62,376 nt of DNA, taken from assembly GCA_000934665.2 (NCBI GenBank), contig JYFJ02002147.1, positions 1-62,376 of the forward strand. The letters run 5' to 3'. The stretch is from Catajapyx aquilonaris (lineage: Eukaryota). Below the pieces are notes generated by a model. The model saw only the letters and a list, made by a program, of their open reading frames with translations, was not told where the DNA came from and ran no database searches. The translations under genes were made by a program, and so were the position numbers. Of this stretch, positions 13,001 to 25,547 are shown piece after piece (within the stretch, counting starts at the first letter, position 1; each line of letters opens with the position of its first letter).

Positions 13001-16000
13001 GAGATAATATGGTAGAGCGTGTCATTAATGTCAGATGTATCATGCAGTGCTAGAGTTAGGTAAGACTGTTTTTGGGGGAGGGGGGGGGGGAATATTTGCT
13101 GATTTCGGAAGGCTATAAATGGTTGATCGGCATTAGCATAAACTAGATGAAGAAAATGAGCTACACGTAAAATCGTGCATATTATTTACCCCAAATATGT
13201 TCGGAGGAAGAAACTGATTATGCATATCCTATTTGCTGACCTATACCGTATATATATATACTGTACGCTTTTCTCGATATAATGTGTCAAAAGTGCAAGC
13301 AAAAATGGAGATAATTTTTCACTTTTGCATATGAATATGTTGGTGTTATCTGATTAGCTTTTTTAAAAACGTTGCCTTCTACATGAACCTTAGTGACATT
13401 GTCGAACACCATGAAGGTGACGCTCTTTCTCGTCTGAAGATCAGAGCGGAAGAGCCGGTTTCTCACGCAATCTATAAATATAGGATACTGTAATAAATGA
13501 AATGCTCCTCGCCTTTTCCGTGCTTAATGACTAGCCCTACTATATACAGTATAGTAAGTCATGCAGTAACTTACATAATATAACTTACTGTACACCTGAG
13601 CCCTATACCGGTAGTCAAGGAAAGCGAGATTGCACAGTTGGTTTTACTTAATTATATTGCACGTGCACAAAATAAAACCACGAACACTTTGAATTTCTCA
13701 AGGAGAGAGATTGGTTTCGCTCTTTCATTAATTTGTGCTAATTGCCGCATAACATAGCGTTAACTGTATATTTAGTCCATACATAGTTTTCTATACAAAA
13801 CGATGGTGCTCGTAGGGAATGAGAAGTTTCTATTGGGAGATACTGTAGTTTTCAATAGATATTTCATCCCACCCTGGTGCTATCCGGCCACATCTAGTCT
13901 ACCCAGTCGCATCAAGTGTAGTAATTCTGAAGTGTAGTAGTATCAATCATGGGCAAGTTTCCTAACTAATTTGGAGCCATCTGTTTCTAGTTCAGACGTG
14001 GCTTTGCCGCCAGGGTGCACTCACAAAGTAAATAGACTCGGTGGATACTGGATATGTACTATGTGTGAGTCTATAACCACTCTGGGGAAACCTGTAAGCA
14101 TAAGCATCCTATAGGGTTTGCAATAATTTCCGGCCCACTGGATAAATACTACTATAGAAAGTGAACGCCCTAAGACCAGATTCACCGTCGTTGTACTGTA
14201 ACTATAATTTCGCTTCCCCCGATTCTTACTAAACTGTATGACCTAGCAGGAGACTACTCGTCGGTCAATAGTAACTTATTTTACCAAGTACTCTCTAACC
14301 AAATGCGATTGCGCTATACAGCTGTTACTTCAAACACAGAACTAGTAAAGTGGACAGGAATAATGATAACTATAACTATACAGCTTGGCATACTGTACAC
14401 GAGCAAATGCTCTTGTCGATAAAGTAATTGGAGTACTTCCATATGCCACTAATCATAAAATACCTATGCGCACCTATAGGTCTACTGTATGCATCTTATA
14501 TCATTATACAGTATGCCGCATCGTTCCCTGCATTTTGCACCAAAGAAACACTATGGACATTTCCATACAGGAACACACTGTATATTCTATAGCCAACAAA
14601 CATGAACAATACACTTACACACGACGGCAAAAGTGAATATTTTTATTGCAAAATTACTAGAGCATCCTTGCATCATCCCCGACACACTCTGCAATATTCT
14701 GCTATAGTCACGATTGTGACTGGCGGGATCAAGAAAACTGGCCGACAGTCATTCTCTCCGTGGACTTTCCAAATTTCTGGCTACGCCCATAACTAGTTCA
14801 AAGTATGTACTAGCAATCGCGATGAATTGCACCTCTTGAAGGACATCCTATGGCACGCCGAACCGTACTTGCAACAGCTGGTTTTAAGTTTAAACCTCCC
14901 GGACCAAACAATAACAAAAGGCTGTCACACACACCAGCCATGTTTTTCCACCGAGGAGAACAAAATATTCAGCTGGCCGTGAAACCAAATCTCATGCTAC
15001 TCTTCATAATCTGCGGTATATCAGCTAAGCTTTTTCAAACAAAATTTTTACCTCTACTGTAAGTACGTAGTGAACTTATACCGAATCATAGTACCGTATT
15101 TTCTGCATTTTGACCAGTGCGATGCCCGGACCAATGTAAGTGCGGAGAACCATATTTTTATTTCTGAAAATAACGAGCGGTTTTTCCCACCCCTATCGGT
15201 GAAAACAAGAGTTTATTAAATTGTCATTCGTAAACAAAGCGCATGGACAACTTTTGTCCTCAAAATAATGGTAAAAAATCAATTATCAATACAAATATCG
15301 CATTAACGAATATGCGACGATTAGCGTCGAATTAAGGAGAAATCAGAAGCAATAAACAATAGCGAAGATATATCTGTTGCCGCATTTCAAGCACCAAAAA
15401 CTTGACTGCAAATTATAATTAACGTTAGTAGAAGAGGAGAATGTGCTCCGATCCCAATATTAATTTTACAGCCCATAACCTGCAATATACCCTCTCGATT
15501 TCCCCGGCTATAGGTGTGCGATAAACTACACATTAATTATCATCCCTCTAGAAGCGCGGTTCCTACTTAACCCCCGTTCACAAATCCTAGTTAAAATACA
15601 GTAGCACCCTCGAGTCGCAAAAATAAAAATAAAAAACACACTATGTAACTCCTAGCCAGAAAATAGACTCCTGGTCTATCCGGATCCACCTCTCCCTGAA
15701 CACAAATAGCCTTTCTTATTTTAAGACAAAACAATGTTCAATGTACAGTACGTAGTACATCACCACAAGTGCAACATTACAAGGATACTCAAATCTACCT
15801 TACTAGACCAGGATCAATACACCCTGCGCGAAATAGTGCATATTGACACTTCGTCGATTCAAAGTTGGGCCAGACATACAGTACCACCCGGCGCATATCC
15901 TACAGGGTGTTACATCAACCAGAATCCAGCCTACTGCACTGGCTGGATAGCAAGTTGCATAGGGACTGACCTTGAACGGGGAGCAAAAGTAGGGTGAGTG

Positions 16001-16192
16001 GCCTGAGTGGCCTTGACATCAAATAGGGGCGGCTGACGGTTGGGCGCTCCCCCATGGCGCGGTACCTATAAAATGCTCCAAAATACGCGGGGGATGTCAC
16101 CAGGGTGCCATGTCTTCAATCGCCATTCGGCCAGACAGCCTGTCGTCTGTTGGAAGCTAGGATGGACAATCCATTCAGTCTGCCGAGTTCAA

Positions 16193-16359
16193 TCATCGAC
16201 TGTAGGGTGAAGAAACTCGGCTATCGATCGTCAGCCAGTAGGTTACTAGTACACGGATGGCGACAGGTTGTGTCATAATTTTACACAAAATTTCAGGGGA
16301 GTTGGCAAATTTATATGATTCGGGTTGAGTGACGGCCAGATCCGGGGCCTGAGGCTGGC
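16193..16359 (-). CDS. Candidate phase-1 alternative terminal exon of the dsx-like gene
   Basis: Acceptor CCCTCTGCTTTATGCATATAG|GC. In phase 1 it reads GQPQAPDLAVTQPESYKFANSPE...SSPYSR* (55 codons), within a GC-elevated block. No homology recognised. Confidence 0.2.
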
Positions 16360-19300
16360 CTATATGCATAAAGCAGAGGGTAATGGATACATTTATGTCG
16401 GTGTCGGAAAGATGAAAGGTACGGTAGAGATGAAGCTAAGCTCCAATTAAGAGCGTATGTACACCAGGTATATATGGCAGGTCTCCCGTGGTCCGGTGGC
16501 CACAATTTGCCATCGGTAACATTCTAATTCACACCCAGCATTCCACAGGTAGGAGAATGCTGCTAGATCAACCGTCACTCACCTGTCTAGATGCCCTCCT
16601 GTCTGAAGAGCCTCTGAGTTAGTGGTGACGACAAACAGCTTCTTGGGCCGTAATGTTTCAAACACTATGGCAACCCGTGAACAATTATTGCTATTAGGGC
16701 GTAAAGGCGTTAAAGGGATATGTTGTGAAAAACATGCGACTTTTTTTTTGTGCGAAACAAATTAGAGTGTGGTATGCTGACTGACTCAGTATTGTTTACA
16801 TCACACGCGTAGCATTATACGTTCTTTTTTTGTCCTACGAGTCAAGATTTGCTGAGTCATTTGTAATGGCTTTAAAGTAGCGGTATATCGCATGCGCAAT
16901 TTACTTCCTTATGCAGAGTTGCATGTGCAGCAATTGTTGAGTGTGATATGTGTTGGATGCACTACCCTAGTTGAAAATTGTGTTCAAAAATGCGTAAAAG
17001 GGTGTCCTCTTTGGGCATGTCAGTGAGTAAAGTGCATGCGAATGTACAGGGTGTGACGGATGGACGTCCAAATTACACATTGTGACATTCTCTTGATTTT
17101 AATTGTTTTTATATATAGTGAGAAAAAAATTAGGCCGATTGTTGTAGATAAAATTATGTTCCAATTCATTCTAAGTAAATGAAAATTTTCTGCTATTTTA
17201 TGGGATGAAACCGTTACAAATGTGTAAAAAGTGCATCATTGGCGCAGGTTCAAGGCAGTTTTTTTCCCAGGACTTGTAGTACCACACTAGGGCACTTACA
17301 TGGAGTCAGGTGGTTGAGATAGGGTGTTGTAAAAGATTAGAATGGCATGTAAACACGGTCTTGGAGCATGTCATTATTGATGAATATCAGGTCCATGTGT
17401 GCAATAAAATATTTTGCGATGTTCACGAGAAAACAACATTATTGGGTTGGAATTATATGCGAACTCTTTTAAGATTAGGAGATATTTGAGTTTCAGTGTG
17501 TAGGGTGAATAGGATCATGCTTTGAAAGGGCCCCTCTTTGTTTAATTCATATTTATTCAAGGTCAGTATATTTAGAACTGAAAGCATGCCATATATCAGG
17601 CAGTGAAATACTGAAAGTGGCAAAACTTTTTAGAGGGAACAAGTCCAGATAAGCTTCTATTTATATTTTAAGTAGTACAGCAAATTCCCATGAAGATTGC
17701 CGATGAACTTCTAAAACCATCTAAGTGAAGCCTTTGTTTACTGCATGTATGTATCATGTGTGAAATAATAATGCAATATATTAATAGCATAACGTACAGT
17801 TCTAATATTTGAACCTTGTCATTTCATTCATCCCATAATATTATTACTGTACACCACTGGACTGTATAATAGCGAACAGAGATAATTCTTTGTCCTATAC
17901 TTTATTTGCAAGGAAGTTTAAAATTCTTATTAACGATATTAATAACAGGAATGGAGGTAATATTTTCTTTGTTCATAATCCAGAAAAATGTACAGCAATA
18001 TAAAAGAATCAGGATCTTCATAATTATTCCCATTTGACAAAAATACAGTAGATGGAGCAATATATTATTTTATCATATTCACCCTCTCCAGTTTAGCCAT
18101 GTGACTTGAAATTGTCAGATAATTACAAGCATACTTAACTATAATGTTTGTAAATGGGTAATGGAACTGAGATCACCATTCACCTGGTTCAGATACAGTA
18201 TACCATAAGAGTGTCTTGAGGATGACATTACGCACAATAAACAAGTAAGACTCTGTGATTTCATTACACCAATTATCATGAGGTAATAATAATTAGTGAC
18301 GTCCACAAGTACAGAGAAGGACAACATGGAAACATGGTATCATTCCAAATACAACTGGTTGTTGCTTATCACATTAACAATGCGTCGTAATTATTTTTGA
18401 CGAGTTTAAAACCAAAGTAGAAAATTACGTCCACCCTGAAAGGGATATCAGTGTTCACCATATCTGTGATGAGGTCATAGAACTTTCAGGCCTCATTTCC
18501 TTATCCTGTTACCGAGTTCTCGTCAAGACCTACGAGGTGAAAATTATGACAGTATTAAACTTGTCATTTAATTTATCCTACATTTTGCTCTCACAACTAA
18601 AGCAATTATAATTATATCTCAACTTCGACCTTTCCTACTGTGGTTTTACAAACCCTTTGTGTAAAGTTGTGCAATTCCAAGGGAGGCAATAAAAGTGCAC
18701 AGAATAATAATACGAGAGGTGAGGAGTCAGAGAAAATACTGTATCAACAGGGAAGGTCCACTTCCTTCGCGTAGGGTTTACGGGCAGATGGATCTGACAA
18801 ACCTCAGCGTATCCGCCCGTACACCGCATGTACTTGAACTAAATGGACTTCAGTATTTCTGGCTCCGAACGCTCCATATTATAGTCCTGCAGATTTACGG
18901 GACACCAATACCATAAATTATTGAGCAATTAAAACCACATGGTGGCGCTTGACGTCCAACTTTGCAACCTACTACATCATGTTTGACAAATGTATTGCAC
19001 GTGTACTAGAAACGGTACAAAAATGTTCCATTTCAAGGCGTATCTAAGTTATATTTACCATTACTTGCTTAGACGGCTTCTTGCGTAAAAATGATATCAT
19101 GATGGGAAAGGCACAAAAAAATATAATAAAAAAGTACTGTATTTCATTCATTAGGTCTGACGACATAATATCGCACGCGTTTCCTATTTGCACATGTTAT
19201 TGCTCCAGTTACAGTTGCATTAGGCTTACAAATACATGCAGGTTGTATTTATGCACACGTGTAATTTCTTCGTTTAGGGCCAGTCTGAGCATCAAAAAGA

Positions 19301-19590
19301 GCTCATGATAAATCACCTGCTAAAGAATTGCAATGATTATGACGAGTGGTACTTGCGTTGCATTATGCTGCCGAACTTATGCAAATCCGACCTGTCTCTT
19401 GCCGCCTAATGTTCATGACCTTATTTTTTTCATGATCCTAACAGATTCACGATAAGCTGGACTACGTGGCATTTCAATCAGCCATTTGTCACTCTTCGAA
19501 AAAAAATACTGTATAAATAAAGTTCCTTTCTTAGGCTCACATTGGATAGGTTGCATAGGCCAGGACTTGCAGGATAGACCTTATGATCAT

Positions 19591-19963
19591 AACTCCCGCT
19601 GGGAATCGAACCCAAATCTCGGACCTCCAGTGAGATCCGTGTCTTGCCATTAGACCACAAGGAGTCAGTATATCAGTCATGTACAAGGAAAGGATATGCT
19701 TACAGGTTCAAAGATGGTCAGGACATACAGACCAAATAATCGAAACTCCCACTGGGAATCGAACCCAGATCTCGGACCCGTGGTGAGATCCGTGTCTTGC
19801 CATTAGACCACAAGGAGTCAGTATATCAGTCAGGTACAAGGAAAGGATACAGGTTCAAAGATGGTCAGGACATACAGATCAAATAATCAAAACTCCCGCT
19901 GGGAATCGAACCCAGATCTCGGACCGGTGAGATCCGCGTCTTACCGTTAGACCACAAGGAGCC
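19591..19963 (-). repeat. Three tandem tRNA-like (Pol III A/B-box) units, about 150-bp period
   Basis: Units start on the + strand at 19591, 19744 and 19891. The minus strand reads CTCCTTGTGGTCTAA(T/C)GG(C/T)AAGAC-CGGATCTCAC..GGTCCG-AGAT(C/T)TGGGTTCGATTCCCAG-(C/T)GGGAGTT, with recognisable D, anticodon-like and T arms. The two spacers are also nearly identical. Confidence 0.9.
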
Positions 19964-20126
19964 AGTAGACTATACGTATGTCTGTATTTGGGAAGGACTT
20001 ACAGGATGAATAAAGAAACTTTCCAACTTACTAATATGAAGATGGTCAATTCTGTCCAGCTTGACGCGATCTTAGCTGATACACAACCTGCACATACGGG
20101 CACAAGAAAAGGCAAACTTCACTTAC

Positions 20127-20607
20127 CATGAGGGTATCCATGCTGGTACAAGGAACCTGTTGATAGTGATTTCCCGGGGCCATTGATGGCCACATGGTGT
20201 GAGGATGAGGTTGACGACGGAGATGTCGGCGTCGCGTGGGATGGCCCTGCTGGTGGAGCTAAGGGCATGGTGAGGGGCAAAGTGGAAAGCAGAGGCGGTG
20301 GAGGGGCCAAGGTGGTACCAGGGAGGGTTGGAGGTGGTAGGGAAACTTCAGGGGCAATGGTCAGCAACGGGAGAGGTGGTGCTGACCGGCTACCTTCGGT
20401 GGTTGAGGCCGTTGAAGAATGATGTGGGAGACCTCCGAGAGGAGATGAGGATGCTGGAGATGCTGATGCTGACGGTCCTACTGAAGAGTCAGTGTTGAGG
20501 TCGTTGGCAGGTATGGGGTCTGGAGGTGGCAAGTCAGGCCCAGCCACTTCTTCTACTGACAGCTCGCCTTCTTCGCACCCCTGCGAAGCACGGGCTTCGT
20601 CTTGCGC
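20127..20607 (-). CDS. dsx: Doublesex/DMRT second coding exon (end of DM tail plus Pro/Ser-rich linker)
   Basis: Acceptor TTTTCCTATGTCGTTTCAG|GCG, phase 0, giving AQDEAR, which completes the conserved RRAQ-AQDE motif. 481 nt open, GC-rich, Pro/Ser/Thr-rich. Consensus donor CATG|GTAAGT at 20127/20126, phase 1. Confidence 0.9.
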
Positions 20608-23600
20608 CTGAAACGACATAGGAAAATATGCAGTGCTAACCGACAAATTATGAACAAGTCATTACTTTGAGGAGAGTAACAATAGCGTGGTTATAACAGT
20701 TTCAAGAATATGTTCATGGTTTGTATGCAAGGTAGTTTTGTGTTAAATTAATTGATGGCATGTCGATGTTACGTGATGTTACGGGCATGATGGCCTGAAC
20801 TTTCTCATCTCATGCACTCTGTTTCACATTTTCATGGCTCCTGAACGCAACATGGTTCCCATCAGTCACGCATGTCGTCAGGCAATGGTGTATTATACAC
20901 TTTGCTGGCAATATATTGCATTACGCCCATTTAAAAAAAAAAAGCGAGACCAAGTTGCATTATGAGAAAATTGCTGGAGTCGTTCATCACACCCGACCTA
21001 CCCAGGGAAATAAAAAGTCAGAAGAAAACATTGCATGTGAAAATTGTTGCCTGCTCAGCATTGACAGTCGCACACATATTTCCTGAAATACGCTCTTGAG
21101 AGCAGACAACCCAGCCACGAAATCTACACCAGTTCGCAGTATGGTTACACTAAAAATACATATATTTCGTCAACGACTGATGGAAAACATGTCTTCAGAA
21201 GAAACGAATACAAATCATACCTCCCATCCTCATCACGCCATTGCGGGTCTTCCCCGATCCCACTTTGCAGCGCTTAGGTGTCTGCTCCTGGTCTATTCAG
21301 CGCACCTGATGGCACGTGTATATACTAATCGGAATGCGGCAGTTCCCCCCACCCCCCCCCCTCCTGGATGGTATTGTGGTCAGGAACTTTATTTGCCGAG
21401 CCAAGCCCCCTCAGGTGACGAGTCGTGATTGTCGAGACCCGTCAAACCTCAGCCCTCATCTGCCCCGTGTTTCTCTCTGGGTTCCCCGCGAAAAGGCTTA
21501 CAAGGTGGAAGAATCGATAACCGCAAATCGTGGATGCTCCAAATTGGCAGCACGCGTGCCCTTTTCCTATATGTATATACCCGAGACAAATCTGTACTCA
21601 GGTACCCCACCCACTTCACTACTGCTATTCCAATTTGGCCATTGGGCCGTTCGGATTAATCAGCAGGTGAAATGAAATTAGATACTGTATGATCTGTTTG
21701 ATAGTGAGGTGGGAGGGGGATAGGGAAGGGAGGGAAATTACAGGTTGGGTTGTGATGAGCTTCAAGGACAGCAGGTACAGCTATAGTTGTAAGTTGTAGT
21801 GTGCACGTGCCAAATATGCAGTAGTCAGCAAAAATGGTTGGGTAATCCCTTGTGCGCAAACGTGTGCGACTTGAGTCACAAAAATGATATAAAAATGCAC
21901 TCCCCTCCACGTGGATTTATGTAATGATTGTTACACTGAAGTTCATGTTTTATCGCATCGGAGAAGCGGAACTCTCCCGCGGAGAAACGTTATGTCAATG
22001 TGACACGCACTGTGTTTGTATATTTACGAGACAAGTTTTTAGCGCGGGGTGATACCCGTGCATGATCTGAAGGTCGGTTTTTACGCCTATTTCCAGCCTT
22101 TCTACATTGAGCGACACATTTCCTCTAACACATATAATTCAAAAATAATTTGGTACATATTCCGTAAATACGGAATGTGTACCTAATTATTTTTGAATTA
22201 TGTGTATAAATTTTTTGAATTACACGATATTTCGAATATGTACGTATAACTTTTACAATAACTTTTGAATTATACATATTATACAATAATTTGTTGAATT
22301 TAATGTGTGTAATATATTGCATTATCTGCATATAAATTTTGAAAAATTACTGCTCATTCATCATTCGATGTTAGTGTCAATTCCAAACTGTACACTATTT
22401 TCCAGTAATTATTAGCAATTTTCAGCTAATAAACTGTCCTATTGATATTTCAATAGTTACCCATCCATATGAGGCATACCAATTAATCGACACCGATTAT
22501 AAATATTATTGGCCAACATTTGACCCGTATTACTCGCATCGTGGTTTACTACAATTTGTCCCGCCGCGCCGCCGCGCGCCGTTCTGATAGACTGCACTTT
22601 TTAACCAACTTGTGCAACAGCTTACCTATTTTAGTGCATATATCATATAACACTGCAGGCGGGGTACACAAACTGAAGCAAATGCACTGTACCTACACCG
22701 AAGCAGGTACATTTCGCTTTATAAATATCCCCCCCCCCCTCTCTCTCCCTTCAATTCGTACTGTATGATACAGTATTTCGAATGCAAAGTCTTTCTGCAC
22801 TTGACAAAAAAAAAATCGCTAAGAAGTATCACACGTTCGCACTGAGTAACTCCGCAAACGCAATTACGGATGCGGAAAATGCGATCCAATTTAGTCGTCG
22901 CTGAATGGCAAGCTATTTAAATGGAAATTATCTGCACTACCGAGTGTAGTCACCTTTGCACAATCTCATCTAGCTCGCAAGCGACTGTATATTGACCTTC
23001 TCATTGAAAACCGGATGGATGCCTATATCTACAACCCTGCGTGAGTAAGATACAGTCTACAACAAAAATCTTGGCGAGCAGCAAAAAAAAAAAAAAAAAA
23101 AATTGTTTTACACGTGCCGGTAAGTTGGTGCAATTCGAAATGGGTGGGTGCAAGTAGAGGGTGGTGAGGGGGGGTACAGTATAAGGGGGATTGTGCCTTG
23201 AATGGTTGCCAGGGGAGTCCGGGCAAGTTTCGCGACGACCTACGGAAGGGGGTGAATGCAGCGGTTGAAGGACGCGCACGTGGAGTTTTCTATAGGCTCA
23301 CTTCGGTGAGCTCGAGTGTCGACGTCATGCGCGGGGAGGGCATTTACATTGTAAATGCGCGCGAAGAGCACATGCTAGCGTGACCCAAAAACCGGACCTA
23401 TTTTGGATATGCGGCTTAAGCAGATAAGGGTTTATTATGGTGTGTTATTATATATATACAATGCAGATTTGAGATAGATATGATGGAAAACTATTTTGGA
23501 TGGTCAGTTTTGTTGTAATGTTAGGAATGATATTAGGTGGATTCAACAGGTGCATCGTTGGCGGATGGGGTGAAACGCCTTATTAGGATGTAGTTTAGGA

Positions 23601-23785
23601 CCGTCTGAGGCGGTTTAATGGCCAGGTTTTAGCCGTGCAGAACCAAAATTTATTCGATCGGTATATCAGTGAGTCGGGGCACGCAGGTTGGTATATGTAC
23701 TGCATGGATGTTATGGCGGCAAAATCGGAGTGATATTTGGATCAATGAATTCTCGGCAGTCAGTTATACACATTTTCTTATTATA

Positions 23786-24347
23786 CAGGGTGTTTATTGT
23801 AATTCTGCAAAGACTTTCAGGGGTAATAGAGGGGACCAATACAAGTATTTTTGACATAGGAACCTGTGTCCGGAAACGCCATCTAGAGGGGGTTCATAGA
23901 CAAGGAATGGGTGCGCTCAGACTCTTCATGCGGGAGGCGCTAGGCGAGCGGACTGTTTTGTTGATAGATGGCGCTCGAATAATAAACACTGATGCGATGT
24001 GCCATAACCTGGCAACAGCAGAGCCATCTAGCAGCTAAAGTTCTCCTCCTAGGAGATGCGCGGATAGTCAACAGCGCATTTGTTGTTGCCAGGTTATGGC
24101 GTATCGCGTTGTTGTTTACTTACAATGACGTGATACGCCATAACCTGGCAACAACTGCGCGCCACCTATCAACAAAACAGTCCGCTCTCCTAGCGCCTCT
24201 CGCCTGACGCGTCTGAGCGCACCCGTTCCTTGTCTATGAACCCCCTCCAGATGGCGTTTCCGGACACGGGTTCCTATGTCAAAAATACTTGTCTTGGTCC
24301 CCTCTATTGCGCCTGAAAGTCTTTGCAGAGTTACAATAAACACCCTG
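23786..24347. mobile_element. Tc1/mariner-type non-autonomous element with long TIRs
   Basis: TA|CAGGGTGTTTATTGTAA ... TTACAATAAACACCCTG|TA. About 190-bp inverted arms and a TA target duplication. Three internal copies of GCCATAACCTGGCAACA (one inverted). Confidence 0.9.
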
Positions 24348-25471
24348 TATACTAGCATACTAGATATACTAGATGGGTCAAACAAACCCCTAACTGCCAA
24401 CATTGCAGCAGTGCAGTGGTTTAAAAATAGAATGCTTTTTAGCTTACAATGTTTCCTGTGTCTTCAGACACAAAAAGAACTCGAAACTATGTAGCAGACC
24501 ATAGAGATACGCCAAGTACGTTGCATTACAAGTGTGCATTTACTATCTTGCACAAAGCTTTGTGAAGGTTAAAATAATCGCTATATTATCTGCGCTTAAT
24601 CTCAGTCACAAAATCAGGTTTTTCTCCTGCGATAAACCTGTGGTAGGCAGGTTTCAAGGTAGAGCCTGCATTGATACAATTTTTTTTAGATTTTCCATGA
24701 GGGTTTGAAAATAGTGGCTAACAATCCCATCCGATTATTCCTCGCAATATTTTCGAAATGATTATACTTGTATGTTTTCCTCTTATCAGTCTAATACACA
24801 GCAGCCAAATGTTGAACATCCATATAATTGTGGGTGGCCTTTAAACAAGTTGCACAAGGAAAGATCAAGGAATGCTTCGGTGCATTTTATATTTTACAAA
24901 TACTCATTACGATATTCAAGGACCGTTAGCCTTGTTAGCAATCGTTTCTCAACAATTACGGATAAAAAAGAGCTAGGTCTACTTCTTATGCCTGCCAGTA
25001 TTATTTTCCATGATGATGATGCATTAGTCTATAAATGTTTTATTATATGATTTGCTAACGCCTGTTCTTGGTACCGTACGCATTTTTTCACAAATTATTC
25101 AGATCGTGATTTCTTCATGCTATAACGTTACCAAGCGCATATTGCTATACATACGGGTCTGGAATATATTCAAGCGTAACCGCCTTATTGTGGATCTATT
25201 TAGGTTTTTTATAATAGGCAAGCATAGGCCTACTACTTGACTTTTTAAAATGTGTCACTTAGTTACGGATATAATAGGAATTTAAGGTCCGTGACACGTC
25301 CGTCCGGACTACTATACTGTATAGCTTGAAATTGAACGCGGGCTCGGGCAGAAATGAGGCACTCGGAAATTGCCTGACGTAATCGTCTTCATGGTCTGTG
25401 TGAACATTAATGATTTGTGCCATAGATAAGGTTGATTGCATCCTGTAACGATTTTCGCGGAAATTTTATCA

Positions 25472-25473
<2 letters not shown>

Positions 25474-25547
<74 letters not shown>
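25474..25547. repeat. (TTA)n microsatellite
   Basis: Directly visible. Confidence 0.97.

Noticed and set aside
13860..14170. Possible old SINE body and tail
   Set aside because: Only a vague resemblance; no Pol III boxes or TSD to support boundaries.
16311..16420. ORF segment PLLY-x13-STRII with OD2-like spacing
   Set aside because: The intervening residues (AYRPASGPGSGRH) are incompatible with the helical OD2 fold, and the PLLY codons coincide with a polypyrimidine tract. Treated as coincidence.
19591..19963. CRISPR array or functional tRNA cluster
   Set aside because: The spacers are nearly identical and the context is eukaryotic; the acceptor stems and anticodon loops are non-canonical.
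1..20000. Tra/Tra2 splicing-enhancer repeats (TCWWCRATCAACA)
   Set aside because: No clustered copies seen on the dsx sense strand.
23688..24403. Similar ORFs on opposite strands (also at 59377-59693 and 60117-60592)
   Set aside because: Artefacts of inverted repeats, with no transposase motifs.
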